Under the pieces are notes generated by a model that was not told where the DNA came from, searched no databases, and saw nothing but the letters and a program-made list of their open reading frames with translations. Both the position numbers and the translations under genes were made by a program. From Mustelus asterias (taxonomy: Eukaryota), in contig NC_135817.1 of NCBI RefSeq assembly GCF_964213995.1, forward strand, positions 64,914,001 to 64,978,000: DNA of 64,000 nucleotides, written 5' to 3'. Positions 12,924-24,384 of this stretch are shown piece by piece; position 1 is the stretch's first letter, and the number at the start of each line of letters is the position of its first letter.

Positions 12924-13190
12924 GGGCAGCATAGTGGCACAGTGGTTAGCACTGCTGCATCACAGAGCCAAGGCTCGGGTTCAATTCCAGCTTTGGGTGA
13001 CTGTCTGTGTGGAGTTTGCAAGTTCTTCCAGTGTCTGCGTGGGTTTCCTCTGGGTACTCCAGTTTCGTCCCATAGTCCAAAGATGTGCAGGTTAGGTGGA
13101 TTGGCCATGCTAAATTGCCCCTTAGTGTCCCAAGATGTGTAGGTTAGAGGGATTAGCAGGGTAAATGCATGGGGTTACAGGGATAGGGGG
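12924..13190 (+). mobile_element. HE1-type SINE, 3' truncated, preceded by a family-2 SINE head (about 12820-12920)
   Basis: gggcagcatagtggcacagtggttagcactgctgc head followed by the V-SINE-like core. Confidence 0.8.
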
Positions 13191-13329
13191 TGGAGGGGGA
13201 GGATTTGCAGCAGGAAGATAGAACAGGTTTTGAGCGAGTATAGAAACCAGGAAGAAGGCACGTTCTGTGAGAGGCTGGAGAGATTAAATTACACAAAGAA
13301 TGATCATGCAAAACATGAGGTCTGTATAT

Positions 13330-13750
13330 TCATAGAATCTCTACAGTATGGAAAGAGGCCATTCAACCCAGCGAACCTGTACCGATCACACTCCCACCCA
13401 GGCCCTATTCCCGTAACCCCACACATTTACCCTGCTAATTCCCCGAACACTTGACAAAGGGCCATCTGGACTCCAAACGTCAGCTCTTTTCTCTCCTTAC
13501 AGATGCTGCCAGGCCTGCTGAGATTTTCCAGCGTTTTCTCTTTTGGTTTCAGAACACTAGGGTTAATTTAGCATGGCCAATCAACCTAACACGCACGTAC
13601 ATCTTTGGACTGTGGGATGAAACCCATGCAGACATGGGGAGAACGTACAAACTCCACACAGACAGTGACCTGAGGCCGGAATTGAACCCCCCCCCCCCGC
13701 CCCGGGTTCCTGGTGCTGTGGGACAGCTGTGCTTAACCACTGTGCCACCC
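13330..13750 (-). mobile_element. HE1-type SINE (CR1-like tail) interrupted by a second-family Penelope-type fragment (13452-13551)
   Basis: Insert flanked by 7-bp TSD GAACACT (13445-13451 and 13552-13558); it starts with a decayed hammerhead TTGACAA AGGGCC ATCTG GACTC CAAA CGTC. Confidence 0.75.
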
Positions 13751-13953
13751 CGGGGTTGGGTAATGGGATAAGTAAAGGAACAGAAGATGGCTTCAGAGAA
13801 GGTGGAGTAGGATCATTACCAACAGCTGTGTCCAAGAAAATAAGAGCAGAGGTTTTGATTTAGAAGTATTAAATTTTTGAGTGATTGTAAACTGCCTAAA
13901 GATTAAGCTGTTCCTCGCACTTCATCAGAATGGTGTCGGTGGCCAAGGACAGA

Positions 13954-15022
13954 GGGCACGATTTACAGGCTGTGTTCACTGTCGGATAAGAACAGCGACC
14001 TGGACGGAAAATCTGGAGAGAATCGGGAAGCGCAATCCTCTCCAGACGGATTACATTTCCCAATTGTTCCCTTGCTGGTGACATCACAGGATTTACACTC
14101 ACAAAGGGCGAGAACCTCACTTTAATAGATTTAAATCCATTTTAATATCAGTCTGACCTCCCCCCCACTCACTGAATATTCAAAACACATTTGCGAGGTT
14201 TACAACAGCTTTTTAAAAATGAGATTCAATTAAGGGGATTCCCCCCCCCCTTCCACCCCCATGGATACAAAGTTGCCCAGGCAATGCCCTGGCAGTGCCA
14301 AGGGGAAATGCCAGGGTGCAGTGCCAAAGCAGGCCCTCATCATTTATTTATTAGTGTCACAAGTAGGTTTACATTAACCCTGCAATGAAGTTACTGTGAA
14401 AATCCCCTAGTCGCCACACTCCGGTGCCTGTTTGGGTACATGGAGGGAGAATTTAGCATGGCCAATGCACCTAACCAGCACGTCTTTCGGACTGTGGGAG
14501 GAAACCGGAGCACCCGGAGGAAACCCACGCAGATACAGGGAGAATGTGCAAACTCCACACAGACAGTGACCCGAGCGGGGAATTGAACCTGGGTCCCTGG
14601 CACTGAGGCAACAGTGCTAGCCACTGTGCCACCCCATTGGAGCCCCATGGGGGGGGAATGCAGGTGGTGAGGGGGGGGGGGGGAGAAGAAAAGGAGAACA
14701 GGCAGTGGGGGTGGGGGGAACTTGCAGGCATAAGTGGGCATTGAGGGGGAAAGAAATGGGTTGGGGTTCCCCCAAAGATTGTGCCAAGAGATAGGCAGGT
14801 GGGAAGAGCCCCTGAAGCTAGTGCCAGGGGAGTCTCAATTTCCTCCATGGGGGGGGGGGGGGGGGGATGGGAGGTTTAATTCAATGGTTAAACACCACCC
14901 ACTTTTTTTTAGTCTAGGAGGCTCAAGATCTGGAGAGAAACCTGGGCTGTGCAGCTGAAGAGCAGCACACTGGTTTTCAGTCAGAGCCTGACACTTTGAA
15001 CAAATATAGTATGATTCCGCCC
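13954..15022. mobile_element. About 1-kb GC-rich MITE-like element containing a tail-B SINE (14341-14635, minus)
   Basis: Ends gggcacgattta ... atgattccgccc; internal motifs such as gggcagtgcc recur at 32262-33280 and 38430-39059. Confidence 0.55.
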
Positions 15023-15326
15023 AGCTCCAAAATCCCAAACATGCTTCCCAGTTAAAACACTGATTAACTTGTACCACTTTCCCCGAGCTTCCTCACCTAT
15101 CATTTTTATTCCCTGCCCCACTCTGTCCTCCGCCTCCTATACACTGGATTTTAAAAGTGACCTGCAAGTTATGGGAACAGCTTTACTTTGTCTACCTAAT
15201 CCAAACTTGTAATCGTGTACATCCCAGGCTCAATCTCCCCTGAATGCTCTTTGCTGCAAGGGGATCAAGCCCACCTTCTCCTAGCTCACCTTGTTTTAAA
15301 AGTGACTCACGCTTTTGATTTTTCAG

Positions 15327-15416
15327 ATTGCCCTGGAGGAAGCAGAGCCACTTATTCATTTTGCTCTAAACTGCGGAGTCCTAAGTTGCCCTCCAATCAA
15401 GACCTACTCTGCTGAG
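15327..15416 (+). CDS. DEP + DUF547 protein, exon with conserved Cys pair
   Basis: Acceptor ttttgatttttcag|, donor GAG|gtttgt; IALEEAEPLIHFALNCGVLSCPPIKTYSAE matches the DUF547 hallmark P.IHFAL.C...SCP. Confidence 0.93.
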
Positions 15417-15599
15417 GTTTGTCGTTAATCTCGGAACATTGTTTTAAAATGATTATTCGTGTTACTTGTTCCCACCATCTCCCCTCTCCTTCATTAAGGA
15501 GGAGGGTTCAGAATGACTTTGTCTGCACTAGAACTTTGATTTCTAAATGCCTATGCTTTTCAGTAGTTCATTTTTCCCCCCCATCATTTTGCCGAGTGA

Positions 15600-16325
15600 A
15601 GTGTGTGTGTAAGGATAGACTTCAAGAGGACATCGACAGAATAGTGGAATGGACAAACAAATGGTAGAAGAAATTTAATGCAGAAAAGTGCAAAATGATA
15701 CATCAGGCAAAATAAAATGAAAGATACTATTTTAAAGGGGATCTAGGAATGTGGAGACTTTGGGCAACATGTGCACTTGAGCAATGAAAAGGCTCATAGG
15801 AAGCCAGGCAATTTAATTAATCACAGGCATACAGTACAGAACCTTTATAAAACACTGGTTTGGCCTAAACTGGCCTTTTAGCTCCAATTCTAGGCACCAC
15901 ATTACATTACACCACCACATTACAGTGAGGGCATTAGAGAGGATGCAGAAAAGATTTACGTGAATGGACCCAGAATGAAGGACTTCAGCTGTGTGGAGAA
16001 GCTGAGGTTGTTTTCCTGGGAGAAGAGAGGGTTGAGAGTAGATTTCACTGAAGTGTTCAAAATCACAAAAGGCAACGTGAGGAAAAAGATTTTTTGATGT
16101 GACGAGTGATTGGGGCGCAGAATGTGTTACCCAAAAGTGATTGAGGCAGCTTCAATTGTGGTTTCCTGAAGTGGGATTGGGTAAATGTGTGAACAGAAAA
16201 AAATTCCAGAGCTATGGGGAAGGGCTTGTGGGGGTGGAGGCACGGTGGTATGGAAGGTGACAGGACTAGAGTAATTCCACTTGCAGGGAGACCTGACTGC
16301 ACTCCTCCTGCACTGCGATTCCACC
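15600..16325 (+). mobile_element. CR1 LINE 3' fragment, old and degenerate
   Basis: CKDRLQEDIDRIVEWTNKW, then tataaaacactggtttggcct...tggcattagagaggatgcagaaaagattt-type RT C-terminal sequence. Confidence 0.7.
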
Positions 16326-16761
16326 ATGTGATATTAGAATCATGATCTCATATTTCACATACCTTGTCCGAATGGAAAGCTGCCATTAACGGATGTAGAA
16401 AGGTAAACTGAACAGTCATTATGACCATCTTGAATCAGAAAGTTCACAAACATAAAACAACAGAATTAAAGCACAATTCTCTTAAGAGTTTGAGGGTTGC
16501 TCACAATGTTCAAGTCTAGGCCCACCTTTAAATGGCATAACAGAAATGCACAATCTACCAGAATTTTACACATTTTAATTTCTGGTCCATACCAAGTCAA
16601 CTAACCTCAGCTGGGAAACAGTGGGGTGCACTACAATTTGTCTTTCTGCCTGGGTATAGGATCAACCAGGACTATTGAGTGATCCCTGCAGACTGTGTAT
16701 ATACAGTGAGGAGTCTAACAACACCAGGTTAAAGTCCAACAGGTTTATTTGGTAGCAAACG

Positions 16762-16798
16762 CCACGAGCTTTCGGAGCGCTACTCCTTCGTCAGATGG
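16762..16798 (-). ncRNA. Minimal type-I hammerhead ribozyme
   Basis: CCAT CTGACGA A GGAGT AGC GCTCC GAAA GCTC GTGG; core intact, stem II with one U-G pair. Confidence 0.65.
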
Positions 16799-16807
16799 CG
16801 AAGGATT

Positions 16808-16844
16808 CCATCTGACGAAGGAGCAGCGCTCCGAAAGCTAGTGG
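16808..16844 (+). ncRNA. Minimal type-I hammerhead ribozyme
   Basis: CCAT CTGACGA A GGAGC AGC GCTCC GAAA GCTA GTGG; core intact. Confidence 0.7.
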
Positions 16845-17003
16845 CGTTTGCTACAAAATAAACCTGTTGGACTTTAACCTGGTGTTGTTAGACTCCTTAC
16901 TGTGTTTACCCCAGTCCAACGCCGGCATTTCCACATCACGACTGTGTATATATCCAGGCATTCATTGTGAGTAGAACTAGACTTGGCTGTTTTCCTCTGA
17001 ATG

Positions 17004-17230
17004 TGTAGTATAAGGGTCTGGCGCATACAGGGTTAATGTGGGACTGGGTACAGTACCACCCACAGAGTGATGTAAGAAGGCACACAACCCAGAATCAGTG
17101 ATGTTGAGCAGAGACATGTAAAGACCTAAACACGGAGGCAGCCCCAAGCCTTAACATATGTAAAAGGTTCCTGCAGTTAATAAAGACTTGGTTTACAGAA
17201 AACTCAAGAATCACCATTCTGTTGGTTACA
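17004..17230 (+). mobile_element. Possible short solo LTR
   Basis: TGTAGTA ... TTACA ends with an internal AATAAA; flanks gaatg and gcaatg give only an imperfect TSD. Confidence 0.4.
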
Positions 17231-17326
17231 GCAATGCCCTCCCAACAGAATGCACATACCGACCACGAGTAAGATGTTGAAGGGTTTCTGGAACCTTGCC
17301 AAAACAAAGTATTTTTCATAGTATCC

Positions 17327-17663
17327 AATCATAGAATCCCTATAGTGCAGGAGGAGACCATTTGGTCCATCGAGCCTGCACGGACTCTCCAACAGAGCAT
17401 CTTACCCAGGCCCCTTCCCCCACCCTATCCCCGTAACCCTACATATTTACCATGGCTAATCCACCTAACCTATACATTTTGGGACACCAAGGGGCAATTT
17501 AGCATGGCCAGTCCACTTAACCCACACATCTTTAGAGTTTTGGGAGGAGACTCACGCAGACACGGGGAGAATGTGCAACTTCCACACAGACAGTCACCCA
17601 AGGCCAGAATCAAATCCAAGTCCCTGGCATTGTGAGGCAGCAGTGCTAACCACTGTGCCACCC
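17327..17663 (-). mobile_element. HE1-type SINE, CR1-like tail
   Basis: aatcatagaatcc tail and reverse-complement head gcagtgctaaccactgtgccaccc. Confidence 0.85.
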
Positions 17664-17706
17664 ATGATGTAGTTAATTTACAAATTTTTGAATTGTTCAA
17701 TTCCAG

Positions 17707-17850
17707 GAAATTGACAAACAGCTGAAGATTTCAGCTGCAGCTTTTCTTGACAGTTCCGACGGCTGCCATGTTGACGTGTCCAAAAAGGAAGTCCGCGTAA
17801 GCCAACTTTTCAAATGGTACAAGGCTGATTTTGGTGGAACAGATGAAAAG
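17707..17850 (+). CDS. DEP + DUF547 protein, exon
   Basis: Acceptor ttgttcaattccag|, donor AAG|gtaact; EIDKQLKISAAAFLDSSDGCHVDVSKKEVRVSQLFKWYKADFGGTDEK has the S.IFKWY..DFG motif typical downstream of DUF547. Confidence 0.92.
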
Positions 17851-18452
17851 GTAACTGAATTAACTTGTCAATTTTCACTCTTGTTCTTGAACACAAGTGC
17901 AAGTAAACTGATAACGGAGTACATTTCTAACACTAAATTTTGAGACATTGGCTGAATTTTTGAGACGTGGGAGGAAGCTGTTTGAATGAGAAAATCCAGA
18001 AGAGAAATCCCTCAGACTCTGCTGAATTTTACCGCAAGTCTCGATTAACCATTTTTTAAAAAACCCTTCCAGTGACAGCCAGCCAGTTTGAGGGGTTGGC
18101 TAACTGTCAGGCTGGGAGCAGCCAGGGTACAGAGTGGGAGGGAGGAGTTGTGAGATCAGAAGTCTCGTGAGGGAGGTTAATCGGATTGCCTCATTCCGAT
18201 GGGCGAGTGAAGCAGAATGTTGAATCCAATAGAAAAGGGGAAAGGCATTTAACTCAGAACAACCCTGCCATTGTAGTTGTCAGGTTTCTCCAAGGCCCAG
18301 GAAACCAGACTGGCTAGAGTTAAATTTGAAATGCACCTCATTATAACAGTTAAATTGTGAAACTGCCTCCTAGAACTGAGTCGGTTGCCCACTCTATCCA
18401 TTCTTGAACCCGTCCTGTTTGAGACTCCACAACTACATAAACAATACCAGCT

Positions 18453-18732
18453 GGGCAGTACGGCGGCACAGTGGTTAGCATTGTTGCCTCACAGCGCCAG
18501 GGACCCGGGTTCAATTTCTGGCTTGGGTGACTGTACGAGTCTGCACGTCTCTTCGTGTGCGTGTGGGTTTCCTCCCACAGTCCGAAAGACGTGCTGGTTA
18601 GATGCATTGGCTGTGCTAAATTCTCGCTCAGTGTACCTGAACAGGCACCAGAGTGTGGCGACTAAGGGATTTTTGCAGTAACTTCATTGCAGTGTTAATG
18701 TATCCCTACTCATGACACTAATAAATAAACTT
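18453..18732 (+). mobile_element. HE1-type SINE, tail variant B
   Basis: Head plus tail cagtaacttcattgcagtgttaatg...gacactaataaataaacttt. Confidence 0.85.
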
Positions 18733-18869
18733 TACCTCACCCACCACCACCACCTCTCAACAAGTCTATTGTCTCTAATTTGTCACATCAATTATCCAAC
18801 ACCCAGTACTGGATGTGTAGAAAGCTATTGCCTTTGGTCTTTGCCTTGAAATTCATTCAAGGGCAATAG

Positions 18870-19133
18870 ATACATGGGAACACCACCACTTGCAAGTTCT
18901 CCTCCAAGCCACTCACCATCCTATCTTGGAAATACATCGTTGTTCCTTCACAGGCCTCACTTCGCAGTCACTGGGTCAAAATCCTGGAGTCCCCTCCCTA
19001 ATGGCATTGTGGGTCAAACCAAGACCCACAAGTTTCAAGAGGGCAACTCACCACCACCTTCTCAAGGGCAACTAGGAATGGACAATAAATGCTGGCCATC
19101 CAACGATGCCCATGTCCCATGAGAGAATTAAAA
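18870..19133 (+). mobile_element. 3' end of a non-LTR retrotransposon (CR1/L2 group); related pieces at about 27290-28035 and 57000-58180
   Basis: caccaccaccttctcaagggcaactaggaatggacaataaatgctggcc...cccatgagagaattaaaaa recurs in the window in both orientations. Confidence 0.6.
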
Positions 19134-19261
19134 ACCATCTTTCTTACAGATTTGTATCTCACCTCATATTCTTCAATCCATTTTCACCATAATAGGTATG
19201 TAATTTTATAAAATTTGAAGAAATATTTAGTTTAACAAGTGCACTTTTTTCTCCTGCATAG

Positions 19262-19390
19262 TTGCTGAGCTGGTTGCTAGAGCATCTAGGAGATTCACCA
19301 AAGAAAGCAGCATTAAAAGAACTCCTGGATCACGGGGAAATCAAAATTGCCACCCTTCCATACGACTGGTCAACAAATTCTACAGAGTGA
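19262..19390 (+). CDS. DEP + DUF547 protein, last coding exon
   Basis: Acceptor ttttttctcctgcatag|; LLSWLLEHLGDSPKKAALKELLDHGEIKIATLPYDWSTNSTE* has the typical terminal YDWS.N motif; stop TGA at 19388-19390. Confidence 0.92.
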   Translation: MLSWLLEHLGDSPKKAALKELLDHGEIKIATLPYDWSTNSTE

Positions 19391-19918
19391 TGCCTGGTAA
19401 AAGTGGAAGTTATTGACTGCCTGCAATGAATATTCCAAACAATCCACTGCTCTTATTGCACACCTTCCGAAATAGTAACCAAATCTGTTTTGAACAGAAA
19501 ATTCAATATAAATTTCTCTCTGGAAATTATTTTGATTATGCTGTTTTTTTTAACCATTACTTCAAGCCCAGGTTCAAGCTTCATCATCAAGCAATACAAT
19601 TTTTTTGCACAATTTGTATTTTCAACAATTACTTTTCAAGTCTGTCAGTACAATTGAAAGGGACCCTTCTTTTCACCCTCTTAGACAGAGGTCTGAAATG
19701 TTTTCTCCCTCTTAGAGATCTGAAATTGCATTTTCTCCAGGCATTCTTTAAAGAAGTGTAAAACTCATTGTTTTTCCTCATTATCACCATTCTCTTCAAA
19801 GAACGTGTCTGAAAATATAGTAACTGTTAATTGTCCTTTTGTAAACGTTCATCAGTGACCAAAGATTTTAAGGGATGTACTATAATTTCTAAATTTTGTT
19901 TTCCACATGTTGAGCCAC

Positions 19919-19924
19919 AATAAA
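19919..19924 (+). promoter_or_regulatory. Candidate poly(A) signal of the DUF547 gene
   Basis: AATAAA about 530 nt after the stop, in AT-rich repeat-free sequence. Confidence 0.5.
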
Positions 19925-20219
19925 GTTGATGCAAAACACATCCTGACCATTTCATTTCAGATTTTATTGGTTGAAAAGCCACCCAGGGCTAACTGGAACG
20001 CCTGCCCAAGTCAGGGCAAACTTTGTACAGCCACCTGTATTGCTACTGGGTGTTATGGGACATTTGCCTTGGTGATTGGCAGGCAGTGTTGGTCAAATGT
20101 TTATACCTTGATTGTGTTTATAGTTCCTTTGATATATGGTCCCAACTCACTTTGCAGAACAATGCGGAGAAAAGTGGACTCTGAGTCAAAGAAGAAAATA
20201 TTGATGGGGTGGGGAGAGG

Positions 20220-20510
20220 GGTTCGCACTACTGCCTCACAGCGCCCAAGTACCCGGGTTCAATTCCTGGCTTGGGTTATTGTCTGTGCAGTCTGCACGCT
20301 CTCCCCGTGTCCATGTGGGTTTCCTTTGGGTGCACTGGTTTCCACCCATAGTCTGAAAGACGTACTGGTTAGGTGCATTGGCCATACTAAATTCTCTCTC
20401 GGTGTACCCAAACAGGTGCCGGAGTGTGATGACTAGGGGATTTTCGCAGGAACGTCATTGCAGTATTAATGTAAGCCTATTTGTGACACTAATAAATACA
20501 CGTAAACTTT
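20220..20510 (+). mobile_element. HE1-type SINE, tail variant B
   Basis: Core plus tail gtaagcctatttgtgacactaataaatac. Confidence 0.8.
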
Positions 20511-20697
20511 GATCTATTTTTTGTTTAAAGAATTGATTTTATGAAAGACTTCAAGGAGAATTGGGAGCCAGAGGAATTACGGCAGAGAATTGCAATGCAT
20601 GACACAGCTCTCAATGGGGGAAAGAGAATCTTATGTGAGGAGGAAATAAGGTTTTGGATTGATTTAATCATGTCGGCATCTTAAACATGTGGGTATT

Positions 20698-23600
20698 TTA
20701 GTCCCGATAGCATCCTAGTAAATCTTTTCTACACTTTCTAGTTTTAACAGTATCCTTTCTATAATAGGATGACCAGAACTGTACACAGTGTTCCAAATGT
20801 GGCATTATCAATGTCTTGTACAACTTCAACAGGACATCCCACCTCCTGTATTCAATGTTCTGACCAATGAAACCAAGCATGTCGAATGCTTTCTTCACCA
20901 CCCTGTCCACCTGTGATTTCACTTTCAAGGAGCTATGATCTGTACTCCTGGATCTCTTTGTTTTATAACTCTCCCCAACACCCTACCATTAACTGAATAG
21001 GTCCTGCCCCGATTCGATCTATCAAAATGCATCACCTCACATTTATCTAAATTAAACTTCATCTGTCATTCATCGGCCCACTGGCCTAATTGATCAAGAT
21101 CCCGTTGTAATCCTAGATAAACTTCTTCACTGAGCACTGTGCCACCAAACTTGGTGTTATCTGCAAACTTACTAACCATACCCCATAAATTCTCATCCAC
21201 ATCCTTAATATAAATAACAAATAACAATGAACCCAGCACCAATCCCTGAGGCATACCACTGGTCACAGGCCTCCTGTTTGAAAAACAATCTTCTACAACC
21301 ACTTCTATCTTCTGTCATCAAGCCAATTTTGTATCCAATTGGCGACCTCACCCTGGATCCCATGAGATTTAACCTTATGCAACAATCACAGTGCGGTACC
21401 CTGTCAAAGCCCTTGCTAAAGTCCATGTGAACAATGTTGACTGCACTGCCCTCATCTACCTTCCTGGTTACCCCATCAAAACAACGCAATCAAATTCGAG
21501 AGACATGACTTTCCCCTCACAAAGCCATGCTGACTGTTCCTAATCAGTCCTTGCCTCTCTAAATGCCTACTGATCCTGTCTCTCAGAATATCTTCTAACA
21601 ACTTATTTCACTACAGATGTTAGGCTCACCGGCTTTTGTTCCCAGCGTTTTCCTTGCAGCCCTTCATAAACAAAGGCACAACATTTGGTACCCTCCAATC
21701 TTCAGGCACCTCACCTGTGGCTGTCGATAATTCAAATACCTCTGCTAGGGGACCCGCAATTTCCTCCCTAGCCTCCCACAATGTCCTGGGATACATTTAA
21801 TCACATCCCGGGGATTTATCCACCTTGATGCGCTTTAAGACTCCCAGCACCTCCTCCTCTCTAATGTGTATACTCCTCAAGTAACTACTTATTTCTCCAA
21901 GTTCTCTAACATCTATGCCTTTCTCAACAGTAAACACCAGTAAGAAACATTCATTTAGGATCTCACCCATCTCTTGTGGATCTGCACATAGATCCGCACA
22001 TCAACCTTGTTAATCCTTGAGAGGCCTTACTCTCTCCCTAGTTACTCTTTTGCCCTTTATGTATTTGTAGAAGCTCTTTATATTCTCCTTTGCCTTATCT
22101 GCTAAAGTGATCTCATGTCCCCTTTTTGCTCTCCTGATTTCGCTCTTAACTCTACTCTGACAATCTTCAAGGGATCCACTTGATCCCAGCTGCCTATGCA
22201 TGTCATATGCCTCCTCCTCCTTGACAAGGTACCGCATGGTAGGTTGTTGCATAAAGTTAAATCTCACGGGATCCAGGGTGAGGTATCTAATTGTATACAA
22301 AATTGACTTCTTGACAGAAGTCAGAGGGTGGTTGTAGAGAGCTGTTTTTCAAACTGGAGGCCTGTGACCAGCGGTGTGTCTCAGGGATCAGTGCTGGGCC
22401 CACTGTTATTTGTCATTTATATTAATGATTTGGATAAGAATATAGGGGGCATGGTTAGTAAGTTTGCAGATGACACCAAGATTGGTGGCATAGTGGACAG
22501 TGAAGAAAGTTATCTCCAATTGCAACGGGATCTTGATCAATTGGGCCAGTGGGCTGACGAATGGCAGATGGAGTTTAATTTAGACAAATTCGAGGTGATG
22601 CATTTTGGTAGATTGAACCAGGGCAGGACTTACTCAGTTAATGGTAGGGCGTTGGGGAGAGTTACAGAACAAAGAACAAAGGCATGTTCATAGTTCCTTG
22701 AAAGTGGAGTCACAGGTGGACAGAGTGGTGAAGAAGGCATTCGGCATGTTTGGTTTCATCGGTCAGAACATTGAATACAGGAGTTGGGATGTCTTGTTGA
22801 AGTTGTACAAGACATTGGTAAGGCCACACTTGGAATACTGTGTGCAATTCTGGTCACCCTATTATAGAAAGGATATTATTAAACTAGAAAGAATGCAGAA
22901 AAGATTTACTAGGATGCTTCCGGGACTTGATGGATTGAGTTATAAGGAGGCTGAATAGACTGGGACTTTTTTCTCTGGAGCGTAGGAGGCTGAGGGGTGA
23001 CCTTATAGAGGTCTATAAAATAATGAGGGGCATAGACAAGGTAGATAGTCAATACCTTTTCCCAAAGGAAGGAGAGTCTAAAACTAGAGGGCATAGGTTT
23101 AAGGTGAGAGGGGAGAGATACAAGTGTCCAGAGGGGCAATTTTTTCACACACAGTGGAACAAGCTGCCAGAAGTAGTAGTAGAGGCAGGTACAATTTTGT
23201 CTTTTAAAAAGCATTTAGAAAGTTACATGGGTATGATGGGTATAGAGGGATATGGGCCAAATGCGGTCAATTGGGATTAGTTTAAGGATTTTTAAAAAAA
23301 GGGCAGCATAGACAAGTTGGGCCGAAGGGCCTGTTTCCATGCTGTGAACCTCTATGACTCTGTGACCAGGGCCTCAATATCTTGAGTCACCCAGGGTTCC
23401 CTGCTCTTTACTCAAAGGAATGTGCTTACCCTGAACCTTGGTTAACACACTTTTGAAAGCCTCCCACTTACCAGACGTCCCTTTGCCTGCTAGATTCCCC
23501 CAAACAACTTTTGAAAGTTCCTGTCTAATACCATCAAAATTGGCCTTACCCCAAATTAGAAATTTAACTTTTGGGCCAGATCTATCACTCTCCATAACCT

Positions 23601-23990
23601 ACTGTCTAACTCTCTGAATTCTTGATGCAAGACCTCATCTCTCTTTCTATCTATGTCATTGGTACCTTCATGTACCATGACCTCTGCCTTATCACTCTCC
23701 CCCTTCAGAATGCCCTGCAGCTGTTCAGTGACATCCCAGACTAGCACCAGGGAGGCAACATACCTTCCTAAAGTCATGTTGACGGCCACAGTAGCGCCCA
23801 TCTATGCCCCTGACAATTGAATCCCCTATTACTATTGCCCTGCCTTGCTCCCCCCGCCCCACCACCCAGTCTCCTGTCCAGACAGACTGCTTGCCCCCCA
23901 TCTCCCTCCCCACTCCTGTCCAGACAGGCTGCTTATGATGCCAGAAGCTTGGCTCTGTCTGCACTCCCTGGAGGAACCAGCACACTCATC
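20698..23990 (-). mobile_element. CR1 LINE with ORF1 SGNH-esterase remnant and degenerate ORF2, interrupted by a plus-strand CR1 (22222-23362)
   Basis: ORF1 motifs AIVIGDSIVRG and VMVHEGTNDI (23600-23990); ORF2 motifs W.KANFDGIRQEL, MDFSKGFDRVPH, SKFADNTK, PHLEHCVQFW. Confidence 0.85.
22222..23362 (+). mobile_element. CR1 LINE, 5'-truncated (RT and 3' end)
   Basis: SGVSQGSVLGPLLF, KFADDTK, RPHLEYCVQFWSP; tail ctctatgactctg; flanks tgacaagg and tgaccagg. Confidence 0.9.
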
Positions 23991-24384
23991 AGCCTCCAAA
24001 ATGGAATACCAATTTCAGGTCGTGATCACAACAGGTCATCAACTTGGAACATTAACTTTTTCCCCCTCTCCACCTGCTAAATGTTTTCCAAGCGTATTCT
24101 TTCTATATTTTCTGAATTCCAGCATCTATGGTGTTTGTATGTACATCTGCTTGTATTTTTCACTTAAAAGTCCAATAAATCCCTCCCCAAGTAGGGGTTA
24201 TACATAGGAACTTTACAGATGAAAATCAAAAAAAGCAACACCTACAATTCTGGAAGATAATGTTGTAAAACAAAGAAACCTATGAATCTTGGGCATTAGC
24301 AGTGAGTCATTCCTGTTGGGTTAAATGTGACTTATTACGGATGCTGCTGTGCTTACACACTGCTTCAGATATTGAATATGACAA

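Larger units (their letters stand above)
16704..16939. mobile_element. Penelope-type inverted pLTR insertion with hammerhead ribozymes on both strands
   Basis: 13-bp TSD GACTGTGTATATA (16691-16703 and 16940-16952); arms 16704-16798 and 16808-16902 with a 9-nt spacer. Confidence 0.85.

Noticed and set aside
14660-14870. Poly-G tracts (also near 38745-38780) as functional G-quadruplexes
   Set aside because: They are internal low-complexity parts of a repeated MITE-like family with no locus-specific evidence.
19388-19429. TGA followed by TGC at the end of the DUF547 CDS as a possible selenocysteine (U-C) read-through
   Set aside because: The protein already ends at the family's normal YDWS.N terminus and I see no SECIS (AUGA...AA...GA stem) in the 3'UTR.
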